Origin: an uncultured Bacteroidia bacterium
GTDB lineage: Bacteria > Bacteroidota > Bacteroidia > J057 > JADKCL01
Length of the DNA: 64,000 bases
Direction: 5' to 3'
Assembly: GCA_964352215.1 (NCBI GenBank)
Contig: CAYGRE010000005.1
Coordinates: 18,527 to 82,526, forward strand
Below the pieces are notes generated by a model. It made no database searches and had not been told where the DNA came from. It saw only the letters and a list, made by a program, of their open reading frames with translations. Position numbers and translations under genes: made by a program. This document shows positions 45,313 through 54,075 of the stretch, one piece after another. The first letter of the stretch is position 1. Each line of letters starts with the position of its first letter.

Positions 45313-46106
45313 ACTACTTCAATGAAGCCTACCCATCGCCTCCTTCCGGAGGTGATGGGAAAGGGAAAAAGGGTGCCGGGCCAGTTACAATATTGTCACG
45401 CAGGCCGGGGGTATTGATTTGCTATGGAAATGGTCACGACTTAGGGAACTTTGGCGATTATGCCAAGTCGATTAAGAGCTTGGGAGATACCGCCCAGTAC
45501 AAATTCTCTATCGAAAAAACCCTTACCCGGCATTCCTTTGCTGCTGCAATTCTGAATTGTCCATATCAAATCAAGGAACTTCACCTTTTGAGCCACTCAA
45601 TTGGTGCAGGGTTGTTCCTGGGGTACTATGACAGCGAAATAGGTCAGGCAAGAGACGAATTCATAGAAGATAACCCACTTCCAACCTATGAGCAGATTGT
45701 CAATTTTGAAACGGGTGTTCTACTTACTGACCACTTGGTAAGCTCTAATTTTGATCCTGCTTACCGAGCATTACTCAGGAATAAGCTTTCCGAATGCAAA
45801 TTCCTTAAAATATGGGGCTGCAATTCAGGTGTTGAAAATTGGGTCTATAATGATGGTTATTGGGGGATCTTGAATGGAAAGAATTCTCCCAAACCATCCA
45901 TAGCCCAAGCGCTGGCAAACTACCTTGACATTCGAACTTTGGGTGCTAAAAGTGGTAGTAGTCCGGAGTATTTGATCAATGGGAAATGGGTTTCAGGCAA
46001 AGATTATTCCACCCAAACCGGCAAATCGTATCCATATCCAAACGAATACAAAGAGATCAGGTTGCATCCCGATACTGGCGATTACCATCCATTTGATCCG
46101 ATCTAA
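45309..46106 (+). CDS. Uncharacterised 265 aa protein coupled to the 941 aa gene; possible His/Cys dyad
   Basis: 4-bp ATGA overlap at 45309; IKELHLLSHSIGAGLFLGYY ... CKFLKIWGCNSGVENW ... SIAQALANYLDIRTLGAKSG. Confidence 0.8.
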   Translation: MNYFNEAYPSPPSGGDGKGKKGAGPVTILSRRPGVLICYGNGHDLGNFGDYAKSIKSLGDTAQYKFSIEKTLTRHSFAAAILNCPYQIKELHLLSHSIGAGLFLGYYDSEIGQARDEFIEDNPLPTYEQIVNFETGVLLTDHLVSSNFDPAYRALLRNKLSECKFLKIWGCNSGVENWVYNDGYWGILNGKNSPKPSIAQALANYLDIRTLGAKSGSSPEYLINGKWVSGKDYSTQTGKSYPYPNEYKEIRLHPDTGDYHPFDPI

Positions 46107-46320
46107 ACAAGACCATTTTTAACGTTTAGAACCTATGTGGATCCGTTCGACTATCTGAAGTCGGGCGGGTCCGTTGTTTTTTGGAATCTACTTCGAGAGA
46201 GGTACTCCCTCTTTTCGGACCCCTCTGCTCAACGTCATTTTCGTTCTTTTTAGTGGCGCGAAGGACGATAAAGTAAATGAATTTTTAATCCTTCCCGGCA
46301 AGCGTGCCCCGCCCTCGGCA

Positions 46321-46600
46321 GAGGGCACCCGGACCCTCGGCTGAGGGCCCGGCAAGGTACGCTGGAGGGCCTACTTGGCCCTCTGTGGAGCGTGAGAAGG
46401 CCCTCCAGAGGGCCGGACCTGCCCACTTGGGCAGCATAAAGCCACCCTCAGGAGGGCTTACCGTGATGGTCAGCCGAGCATAAGAGGACCCTCCAGAGGG
46501 TCACCGACAAGGGTCAGCCGAAGGTAACTCGCCCCTCCAGCGGGCCAAACCCGGCCCGCTGGAGTGCAATGACCACCCCTCCAGAGGGTCGCAACGCCCC
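46321..46600. repeat. Hairpin-rich intergenic block
   Basis: ggccctccagagggcc 46401-46416; gaccctccagagggtc 46487-46502; CTCCAGCGGGCC-AAACCC-GGCCCGCTGGAG 46535-46564; acccctccagagggtc 46575-46590. Confidence 0.85.
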
Positions 46601-46791
46601 CCTCGCTGATCCCCAAAGACCCCCAGGAGAACGTACCGGGACCCTCCGCCCGACCTGTCGTGACCCTCCAGCCTACCTGAACCGACCCCTGGCCGGGCAT
46701 CCATATACCCTCAGCTATGGGTCCGATCACCCAAAAGGGGGGGGTTGAGAAGCAGGCACCTTAGCAAAGGAAAATTCGTTATTATTGCACT

Positions 46792-46998
46792 ATGAGTGAA
46801 CAGCTCCGTGAAATATTGAAACTCAGCGTGTCGGAAAGAATATTCCTGGTGGAAGCCATTTGGGATAGCATTTCCGAAGAGCCTCAGCAACCTGAGCTTA
46901 CCAATAAACAAAAAGAACATCTTAAGAGGAGACTAGAAATGTATCGGAAAAACCCTGAAAATCTCCTTTCCTGGAAACAGGTGAAAGATTCCCTTTGA
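46792..46998 (+). CDS. Antitoxin, addiction module protein family
   Basis: 68 aa; LREILKLSVSERIFLVEAIWDSISEEPQQPELTNKQKEHLKRRLEMYRKNPENLLSWKQVKDSL. Confidence 0.85.
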   Translation: MSEQLREILKLSVSERIFLVEAIWDSISEEPQQPELTNKQKEHLKRRLEMYRKNPENLLSWKQVKDSL

Positions 46999-47321
46999 TG
47001 AGCCAGGGACATCAAATATTTTTTCTTCCTATTGCCAGAGATGACATTCAAGATGCCAAAGACTGGTACGAGGAACAACGGGTCGGTTTAGGAAGTGAGT
47101 TTGAGTTATGTTTAGAAGTTTTTATTGAAAGCTTGAAAAAGAACCCTGCAAGGTATCCCTCCGTTCTTGATAGTATCAGGAAAGGTAATATTAAGAGGTT
47201 TCCCTATTCGGTGGCATACGTTGTTGATGAACAGAAAGTCATCGTATTAACGGTAATGCACGTCAAAAGAAACCCCCAATATCTATTAAATAGAATTCAA
47301 GAAACTGGGTTTGATAGGTAG
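46998..47321 (+). CDS. RelE/ParE superfamily toxin
   Basis: MSQGHQIFFLPIARDDIQDAKDWYEEQRVGLGSEFELCLEVFIESLKKNPARYPSVLDSIRKGNIKRFPYSVAYVVDEQKVIVLTVMHVKRNP; ATG overlaps antitoxin stop. Confidence 0.88.
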   Translation: MSQGHQIFFLPIARDDIQDAKDWYEEQRVGLGSEFELCLEVFIESLKKNPARYPSVLDSIRKGNIKRFPYSVAYVVDEQKVIVLTVMHVKRNPQYLLNRIQETGFDR

Positions 47322-47326
47322 TTAGA

Positions 47327-47410
47327 GGTCCGAGCTCTCGCGCGGAAGGTCCGAGCTCTCGCGCGGAAGGTCCGGGCTCTCTCGCGGAAGGTCCGAGCTC
47401 TCGCACGGAA
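47327..47410. repeat. Four tandem 21-bp repeats (ggtccgagctctcgcgcggaa) starting 5 nt after the toxin gene
   Basis: Units at 47327, 47348, 47369 and 47390; degenerate copies continue to about 47480. Confidence 0.93.
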
Positions 47411-48240
47411 GGTCCGAGCTTACTACCTGGGAGGTCTGAGCTTACTACCCCGGAGTTCTGACCTCTTTCGCGGTAGCCTTTTGCTATGTGACGTGTAGCT
47501 AAAGGCTACGGAGCGTGTGTTCTTAACTGAGTGGAAAAGTACACTTTTAGTGGTCTTTATTCGGCATTTTGCTCCATTGGGCTACCCATTAGGCTATTTT
47601 CCTTAAAGCCCGGCACGTCTACCAAAAGGGTGCATCCCAATCAGCCTTTTTCCTGGCACCACGCTGACAAAATGCCACCAATTCGACCCAATTTCCCCAA
47701 AACCTTCCTCCTACTCTTCGTGGTGCAGTTGGGTCGACTGCCAAAAGCGGCCTTTAAGGCCACTCAGGACTTGTTATAGCAATATCCAGCGCAACCGCCA
47801 CCAAGGTTCTTTGCTCGAATATAGTGAGTTCGGAGCTTACTGGTAGTAAGCTCAGACCTCCCTCACGGAAGGTCTGGACTCGCCACTGGGAGCTCAGACC
47901 TCCCTTCGAGGAGGTAAAACCTCTTTGCCAGGAGGTCCGAACTCGCCTTCATGAGTTCCGAACTTCATTTCCAGGCAGGAATCGACGATTTTGAATTTTT
48001 CCCCAGATGGAGATGAAAAGGGTGAAATGCATTGTTTGGAGGTATTTTGGTACAATTCCGACCTGTTTTGGAGCGAATTCGGGTGGTTTCCATCCTTGGT
48101 TCTCCAAGAATGTCTCCAAAAAGCGGCATTTGATCTATTGGCTGTCGCTCTGATTGTTTAACCTGGCAAAAAGAAATAAATTGTTCTATTGAACCCGCGA
48201 CCTTCAGTTTCGATCATAATGAATACCTTAATTTACGCTC

Positions 48241-50013
48241 ATGTATAAGTCTGTCCTTTTCCTCCCCGTTTTGGCGGTTTTGCTATTCCTAAGCAGTTGT
48301 GGCGCTGATTCATCCGGGTCTGGCAATGGCTCTTCCGGCGATGATTCTGATTCGCTGTCTGGGGTTCAGGCCAACCGCCAGCCCTCCGCTACATTTGCAG
48401 ACTTCATCAACCAGTATCCTGAGTTGAATACCCCTCTGGAGATCGACGAAGATTTTATCCCTGAATTCAAGGCGGCAAACAAGAGCAGCGAAATATTGCA
48501 AGAGGATATTCAGCAGTACTTGTTCGGTGCTCCCGGTTACGCTAAAAAGGGCCATGTAGCCAGTGACGGGGAGGTCATCCCGGACTATTTTGCCTTGGGA
48601 AAACAGGCTCTGGGCGATGGAAACTGGTTGGTATTGACGGTGATGGAAAGCTATGGGAACTATCTGGTGGCGACGACTTTTGACCAGGATGGAAATGCCA
48701 TTGATGGTACTTTTCTCGCTGAATTTCCGGAAGATGGCTTGCTGAAAACAACCACCAGTATCGGTGATGATCTGAGGGTTGATCTGTCTACGAAGGTGGT
48801 CGAGAGTTTCGATGAGGATGGGAAACCGGAGTATTGGCGGGATTACCGGGTAGAAATGCAGGTCATGGCTGATGGGGAGATTTATGGTAAGGACAAGCGG
48901 AATTTTCAGGAGTTCACCCATTCCTTTGCGCGCATTTCCTATACTGAGTTTTTCAAGGATGAGGACTACCGCGCGGATGCTGTGGGGACTTTGTTGTCGG
49001 ATGAATGGGTGGAACGGTATATCTGCAAGGTGAAGGGTAGCAAGTGGAGTTGCATCAACGGCAAGGAAGAAAATTACGAGAATGATACGCCGCTCTCTTA
49101 CTATGCGGTGGGTTATGGGAAGATCAACCGGGAAGAAGATGGCCTGGAAAATCTGGTGCTCCTGCTGTACCAACAATACAAGCCCAAGGGCAACTATCCG
49201 GGGGGTACGCTCTTCCATGCGACCTATACGGAAAATGGGGAACTGGTGCACCGTGCTCCCATCGCTGGGGGCCGGGCGGCCAATATGCGGCGGAATGGTG
49301 CGATCAAGGATTTCAATTATTTTGAGGTATTTGAAACGACTTTTCAGGAGGAGGAGGCGGACTTGCGGGCGGTACAGGGACACCATACGATATTCTACAA
49401 TCTGAACCCGACCGGGGAATGGGAAGCCACTCACAATGAAAGTACCGGGCAGAAAACGGTGAAGTTCTATTTGCATGAGTTGGTTGACCGGCAGGTTTAC
49501 CATCCTCAGATTCTGGGGACGGGTGGGACCGCGATTGCCTGGGAGGAGAATGCCGGTGTGAAGGCCGGGTTGGCGGCACATTATGCGAGTGAATCGGGTG
49601 GTCCGGGCTTGAGCTTCATCAGCGCCGGGTACAATTATTGTCTGGTGAATCTGGATGAAGATCCGGACAAGGAGGCGGTGGTGGAGATGGCTGGGATCTG
49701 TGGCTCCGGGGGCTGCACCTTGCTGGTCCTGGACCAGGATGAAAGTGGTGCTTACAAGGTCCATTCGGAGATCGGCTTGTTTCGGGCTCCTCTGTATGTG
49801 CTGAACGACCGGCACAATGGATGGCATGACCTGGCCTTTGTCGTTTCCGGGGGTGGCGCCAAGGTGGAGATGAAAGTCCAGCAGCATGGGCCCGATGGGT
49901 ATCCTGAAAATCCTACCGTGGAGCCTGCGACGGTGTTGGAAGGAACAGCCCAGGGGAAGGCGGTGCTGATCGGATCGGTCCCTAAGTATGCGCTGTTCAG
50001 CTTGGTGGAATAG
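48241..50013 (+). CDS. Hypothetical lipoprotein
   Basis: VLAVLLFLSSCGADSSGSG lipobox with acidic +2 region; 590 aa. Confidence 0.85.
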   Translation: MYKSVLFLPVLAVLLFLSSCGADSSGSGNGSSGDDSDSLSGVQANRQPSATFADFINQYPELNTPLEIDEDFIPEFKAANKSSEILQEDIQQYLFGAPGYAKKGHVASDGEVIPDYFALGKQALGDGNWLVLTVMESYGNYLVATTFDQDGNAIDGTFLAEFPEDGLLKTTTSIGDDLRVDLSTKVVESFDEDGKPEYWRDYRVEMQVMADGEIYGKDKRNFQEFTHSFARISYTEFFKDEDYRADAVGTLLSDEWVERYICKVKGSKWSCINGKEENYENDTPLSYYAVGYGKINREEDGLENLVLLLYQQYKPKGNYPGGTLFHATYTENGELVHRAPIAGGRAANMRRNGAIKDFNYFEVFETTFQEEEADLRAVQGHHTIFYNLNPTGEWEATHNESTGQKTVKFYLHELVDRQVYHPQILGTGGTAIAWEENAGVKAGLAAHYASESGGPGLSFISAGYNYCLVNLDEDPDKEAVVEMAGICGSGGCTLLVLDQDESGAYKVHSEIGLFRAPLYVLNDRHNGWHDLAFVVSGGGAKVEMKVQQHGPDGYPENPTVEPATVLEGTAQGKAVLIGSVPKYALFSLVE

Positions 50014-50435
50014 GCTTCTTTGAGGTGTTGAATTACACTTAAAGGACTATTTTTCCTAGTTATTCGCAGGGATTGATAAATTAAGAATTGCTTATATTTA
50101 GTATATGGAAGCCATTGACTACCGCAAATACATTACTATCGAACCTGGAAAGAGGGGCGGAAAACCTTGTATTCGAGGGTTGAGGATTACTGTATTTGAT
50201 ATTTTAAACTGGTTGGCCTCAGAAATGTCGAATGAAGAGATCATTTCTCCAGCTTCATGAAGTTGCTGTTTGAGCATAATCTATCTCACAGGCTAATTCA
50301 GAAGCTCAATAGTTATTTTCCGGATTCAGTCAACCCCCAAAATTTAGCGTTTTCAGCAATCCATCATACTCCTGTGAATTAAATTCCATTCACTTGCTCC
50401 TCTTTTTTACCTGACCAATAGGTTTTTCACATTCA

Positions 50436-51530
50436 ATGGAACGCTATATGAAACCGTTTGTCCTATTATTCGCTTCGTTTTGCCTCCTCTTCACGGCTTG
50501 TCAAAGAGACACATTTGATGCCATCGACGAGGAATTGTCCGAATCCCGGACGGACCAATCCGACCAGTCTGTTTCAGCGCCCTCTGGTGACGATGGAATA
50601 GAAACGTTGCTGTCCTATATGTACCCCCGCAGTCAAAAGACGATGGGATTGTCTGATATTACCCTGACCCCTCACTTCCAAAGCTGGCTCAGCTCCAACG
50701 GGTACGGCTCCTACAATTTCTCCAATTCCAGCATTGACGGAGACTCCTACGGAGGCAAAGCCAATGCTTCCACTCCGATCAATCGTCAACCTGTGATTTT
50801 CATCCACGGAAACAGTGACAAGGCGGTAGGATACCTCGGCACCACCCAAAGTGGATGGACCGGTTCGCTCAACCACTTCCATGGAGAAGGCTATACCGAA
50901 GCGGAACTGTATGCGGTTACCTGGGGGGATGCCAATCCCTTGCAATCAGCCAACCAGACCCATTCCAAACCGGTATTGACCCGCCTCCGGGCATTTGTCG
51001 AAGCTGTAATCGACTACACCGGCGCGAGCAAGGTGGATATTGTGACCCATTCTATGGGGGTGACGCTGATGCGGAAGGTGATTGAAGGTGGTAGTACTTA
51101 CGACCCCAACAATGGCGGGTATTATGACCTGGGTCCATCCCTCAGCAGCTCAGTCGACTGCTTTGTCGGGATCGCGGGGGCCAACCGAGGCCTCACCAAT
51201 TGCTATCCCTACCCCAGTTACCTCACCCTCACCTGCGATGATGAAACCGGCCTTTATCCCGGTTACCTCTGGTGGGGAAGTTTGTACGGGGTATCCGATA
51301 TTCTCAACGACATGAACTCTTCGGTTGGTTATGAGGGTGATTACCGCTACTCCATCTGGTCCCGCAATGACGCCATTGTCGGTTATGGCTGTATCGTTTA
51401 CGGAAATAATACCTGCTACCTGCCCGGACAAACCGGAACCAAGGAAATCCCCTCACTGGGTCATTTTACCATGAAAGATTATTCGGGTTCTACCCAATAC
51501 AGCATGGTGGTGAACCATGTTATCCCCTAG
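50436..51530 (+). CDS. Lipase-like alpha/beta hydrolase (lipoprotein)
   Basis: Lipobox LLFTACQ; PVIFIHGNSDKAVGY, VDIVTHSMGVTLMRK nucleophile elbow; resembles the secreted EstA-like lipase 2 family. Confidence 0.82.
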   Translation: MERYMKPFVLLFASFCLLFTACQRDTFDAIDEELSESRTDQSDQSVSAPSGDDGIETLLSYMYPRSQKTMGLSDITLTPHFQSWLSSNGYGSYNFSNSSIDGDSYGGKANASTPINRQPVIFIHGNSDKAVGYLGTTQSGWTGSLNHFHGEGYTEAELYAVTWGDANPLQSANQTHSKPVLTRLRAFVEAVIDYTGASKVDIVTHSMGVTLMRKVIEGGSTYDPNNGGYYDLGPSLSSSVDCFVGIAGANRGLTNCYPYPSYLTLTCDDETGLYPGYLWWGSLYGVSDILNDMNSSVGYEGDYRYSIWSRNDAIVGYGCIVYGNNTCYLPGQTGTKEIPSLGHFTMKDYSGSTQYSMVVNHVIP

Positions 51531-53121
51531 CCGCCAATGCCTTTCGGTCGACCTTCCCAGTATCTCCCTTGGGAAGGTCGGCCACTATTTCAAACCTTTT
51601 GGGGATTTTGAACTTGGCCAGGTTTTGGCGGCAATAGCTAAGGAGGTTTTCGGTATCTAAGCTGGCTGAGTCTGTCGCAACCAGGTAGGCTTTGCCAACT
51701 TCCCCCCATTTGGGATCGGGGATTCCGATGACGGCTGCTTCTGAAACCATGGGGTGGGCTACCAATACGCGCTCTATCTCTGCAGGATACACGTTCTCCC
51801 CGCCTGAAATATACATATTTTTGATCCGGTCCACGACATACAAATAGCCTCCTTCCCGCTCTACGACCCTGTCTCCTGTTCTGAACCACCCCTTCTGGAT
51901 GGCTTCAGCGGTGGCCTTTTCATTGTTCCAGTACCCTGGGGTGACGATCGGTCCATTGATCCACAGTTCCCCCGCCTCATCTACTTTGCAAGTCTCTCCA
52001 TTGGGGTGCACAATCCTGGTTTGTATGAAAAAATTGGGGCGGCCGATTGAGCCGGCTCTGGTGATGGCATCGTTGTGGTGAAGGGAGGTCAGGTTGGGGC
52101 CGCATTCGGTCATGCCGTAGCCCTGGCGAATAGGAACGCCTACCTCATTCCATCGTTGGATCAGGGGTATGGGCATGGCCTCTCCCCCGACGAGCATATA
52201 GAGCAGGTGATCGAAGCGGGTTTCTAGGAAACGGGGTGTCTCCGCCATCATTTTGAGCATGGTAGGCACCCCCATGAATATGGTAGCCCGCTCTTCCTGG
52301 AGGCTTTTAACCACGGATATTGCATCGAAGCGTTTCATCAGGCAGACAAATCCACCGTGGTGAAAGAATGGGGTGAGCAGGACGTTCCAGCCTCCGGTAT
52401 GAAAGGGTGGCATGCAGGTCACGGTCCGGCTGTCAGAATTTACGGTGATGCTGAAACCAGTGTTGATGCTGTTCCAAAACAACATCCCATGGGTGTATTG
52501 AACGCCTTTGGGAAATCCGGTGGAGCCAGAGGTGTAGAGGATAAAGGCGGGGTCGTCGAGGTCGCATCGGGTAGATGGATAAGCAGATGCATCGGGTTCG
52601 TCGAGGTCTCGACGAGAAGATAGATCAGCGTTGGGGGTGGTTTCGGGGTCTGCTTTTTGTGCCCGGTCATTCAATTCCGTCCGTTCTGCCAATTGGGCCC
52701 GGTCTTCCATTTCTGTCCGAAAGGATTCCAGAGAGAAGTATCGAGGGCTGGCTTTCTGGTCTACCTTTTCCGCGAATTGCTCTTCCACGATTAGGATCGA
52801 GGGAAAAGCATCTTCAATCAAGTAGGCAATTTCAGGGCCAGATAGGCGGTAGTTGAGGGGGACAAGGATGATTCCGGTTTTCTGAATGGCTACAAATAAC
52901 AAGATATACTCGAGGCAGTTCTCCGCCAATACGGCCACCCGATCCCCCTTCTTCAGTCCCTGGTTTTTTGTCAGCCAATTTGCCAGCTGATTCCCTCTTT
53001 GATTAAGGGTCCGATAAGTTAGCCGCCGCCCGGTTTCATATTCTTTGAAGGCAACTTTTTCAGGCTGGTAAATGGCCCATTTCTCTGCCCAGTCGGTTGG
53101 TATGTCAGGTTGCGTGGTCAT
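51520..53121 (-). CDS. AMP-dependent acyl-CoA synthetase/ligase
   Basis: ILYTSGSTGFPKGVQYTHG, GYGMTECGPN, GWFRTGDRVVEREGGYLYVVDRIKNMYISGGENVYPAEIE. Confidence 0.92.
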   Translation of the reverse strand: MTTQPDIPTDWAEKWAIYQPEKVAFKEYETGRRLTYRTLNQRGNQLANWLTKNQGLKKGDRVAVLAENCLEYILLFVAIQKTGIILVPLNYRLSGPEIAYLIEDAFPSILIVEEQFAEKVDQKASPRYFSLESFRTEMEDRAQLAERTELNDRAQKADPETTPNADLSSRRDLDEPDASAYPSTRCDLDDPAFILYTSGSTGFPKGVQYTHGMLFWNSINTGFSITVNSDSRTVTCMPPFHTGGWNVLLTPFFHHGGFVCLMKRFDAISVVKSLQEERATIFMGVPTMLKMMAETPRFLETRFDHLLYMLVGGEAMPIPLIQRWNEVGVPIRQGYGMTECGPNLTSLHHNDAITRAGSIGRPNFFIQTRIVHPNGETCKVDEAGELWINGPIVTPGYWNNEKATAEAIQKGWFRTGDRVVEREGGYLYVVDRIKNMYISGGENVYPAEIERVLVAHPMVSEAAVIGIPDPKWGEVGKAYLVATDSASLDTENLLSYCRQNLAKFKIPKRFEIVADLPKGDTGKVDRKALAARG

Positions 53122-54071
53122 TGAACTTCTGAAGTCAAATAGGCTATGATCAGCTCATTGACCAGTGCCGATTGTTCGAAGTGAACGAAATGGCCTGCTT
53201 TGTTGACCAGTTCCAATTGGGCATTTGGGATCTGTGCGGCTCCGCTTTCTGCAATGGCGCGGGTTGTGCCTCCATGCAAAAAGCGGTTGGGAATGAGGTT
53301 GTCCTGTGCTCCAAATATCACCAATACCCTTGCCTTGAGGTCGGAGAGGTTGTCAAAGACGGGTTCATCGACCATGCCCTGAACACATTGGGGGATGATA
53401 TAACAGTAGCCGGGAAAGTCTTTGCATTGTCGCATGGCAACCCGGTCATAAACCATGAACTCAGCTTCTTTGGGCATCCGGTAGAAGTTGGATCCGATAT
53501 TTGCTTTGATCTGGTCCACTGGAGTAAGGGCCACCGCATTGGGGGTCAACACTTCCCGGAACCATTTCTTTTCGCCGGCATTGAAGGTTTCAAATCCAGC
53601 TGGTGCGACGAGGATCAATTCGGGAAAGTCCTGGGGGTAAGCCAGGGAGGCCACGGTAGCGATTTGCCCGCCCATGGAGTGCCCCATCAACACGACATTG
53701 TCCAGGTTAAGGGCTTCTTTGAAGGCTTTGATTGCATCTGCATAGAAGCGCATGGTCCCGGTGTACTTGCCTTTGCTGGACTTTCCATATCCGGGAAGGT
53801 CCACCGCGATGCAGCGGTAAGAAGTGCTCAAGGCCTCGATATTTTTCTTCCAGGCCGGCGCATAACTTCCCAGCCCATGAAGCATCAGCAAGGTTTTAGG
53901 TCCATTGCCCTGGTCCATATAAGCAATCTCTATTCCATCGGGGAGGCTTACTTTCTTTTGGGGGAATGGGTATTCCAATTCATCCATAGAGCTGATGTCG
54001 GGGACCTGCTGTTGAAACGAGCAGCCCAGGGAGAGCAATACGAATACGACGGGTAAAATGAGGTATTTCAT
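53118..54071 (-). CDS. Alpha/beta hydrolase lipoprotein
   Basis: Lipobox VLLSLGCS; LLMLHGLGSYAPAWKKNI...VVLMGHSMGGQIA; C-term NKAGHFVHFEQ. Confidence 0.88.
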   Translation of the reverse strand: MKYLILPVVFVLLSLGCSFQQQVPDISSMDELEYPFPQKKVSLPDGIEIAYMDQGNGPKTLLMLHGLGSYAPAWKKNIEALSTSYRCIAVDLPGYGKSSKGKYTGTMRFYADAIKAFKEALNLDNVVLMGHSMGGQIATVASLAYPQDFPELILVAPAGFETFNAGEKKWFREVLTPNAVALTPVDQIKANIGSNFYRMPKEAEFMVYDRVAMRQCKDFPGYCYIIPQCVQGMVDEPVFDNLSDLKARVLVIFGAQDNLIPNRFLHGGTTRAIAESGAAQIPNAQLELVNKAGHFVHFEQSALVNELIIAYLTSEVQ

Positions 54072-54075
54072 AATT

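Noticed and set aside
30879-46106. A complete secretion or phage-tail-like machine for the candidate effectors
   Set aside because: No sheath, tube, baseplate or ATPase genes are recognisable anywhere in the window.
46321-47480. Possible CRISPR array
   Set aside because: Repeats are contiguous 21-bp tandem units or variable hairpins without equal-length unique spacers, and no cas genes are visible.
48310-49887. 525 aa minus ORF, the longest antisense ORF outside the giant gene
   Set aside because: Fully antisense to the 590 aa lipoprotein gene, which has a clear lipobox and normal composition; rare residue mix in the antisense product.
53172-54056. 294 aa + ORF
   Set aside because: Antisense to a clear alpha/beta hydrolase gene.
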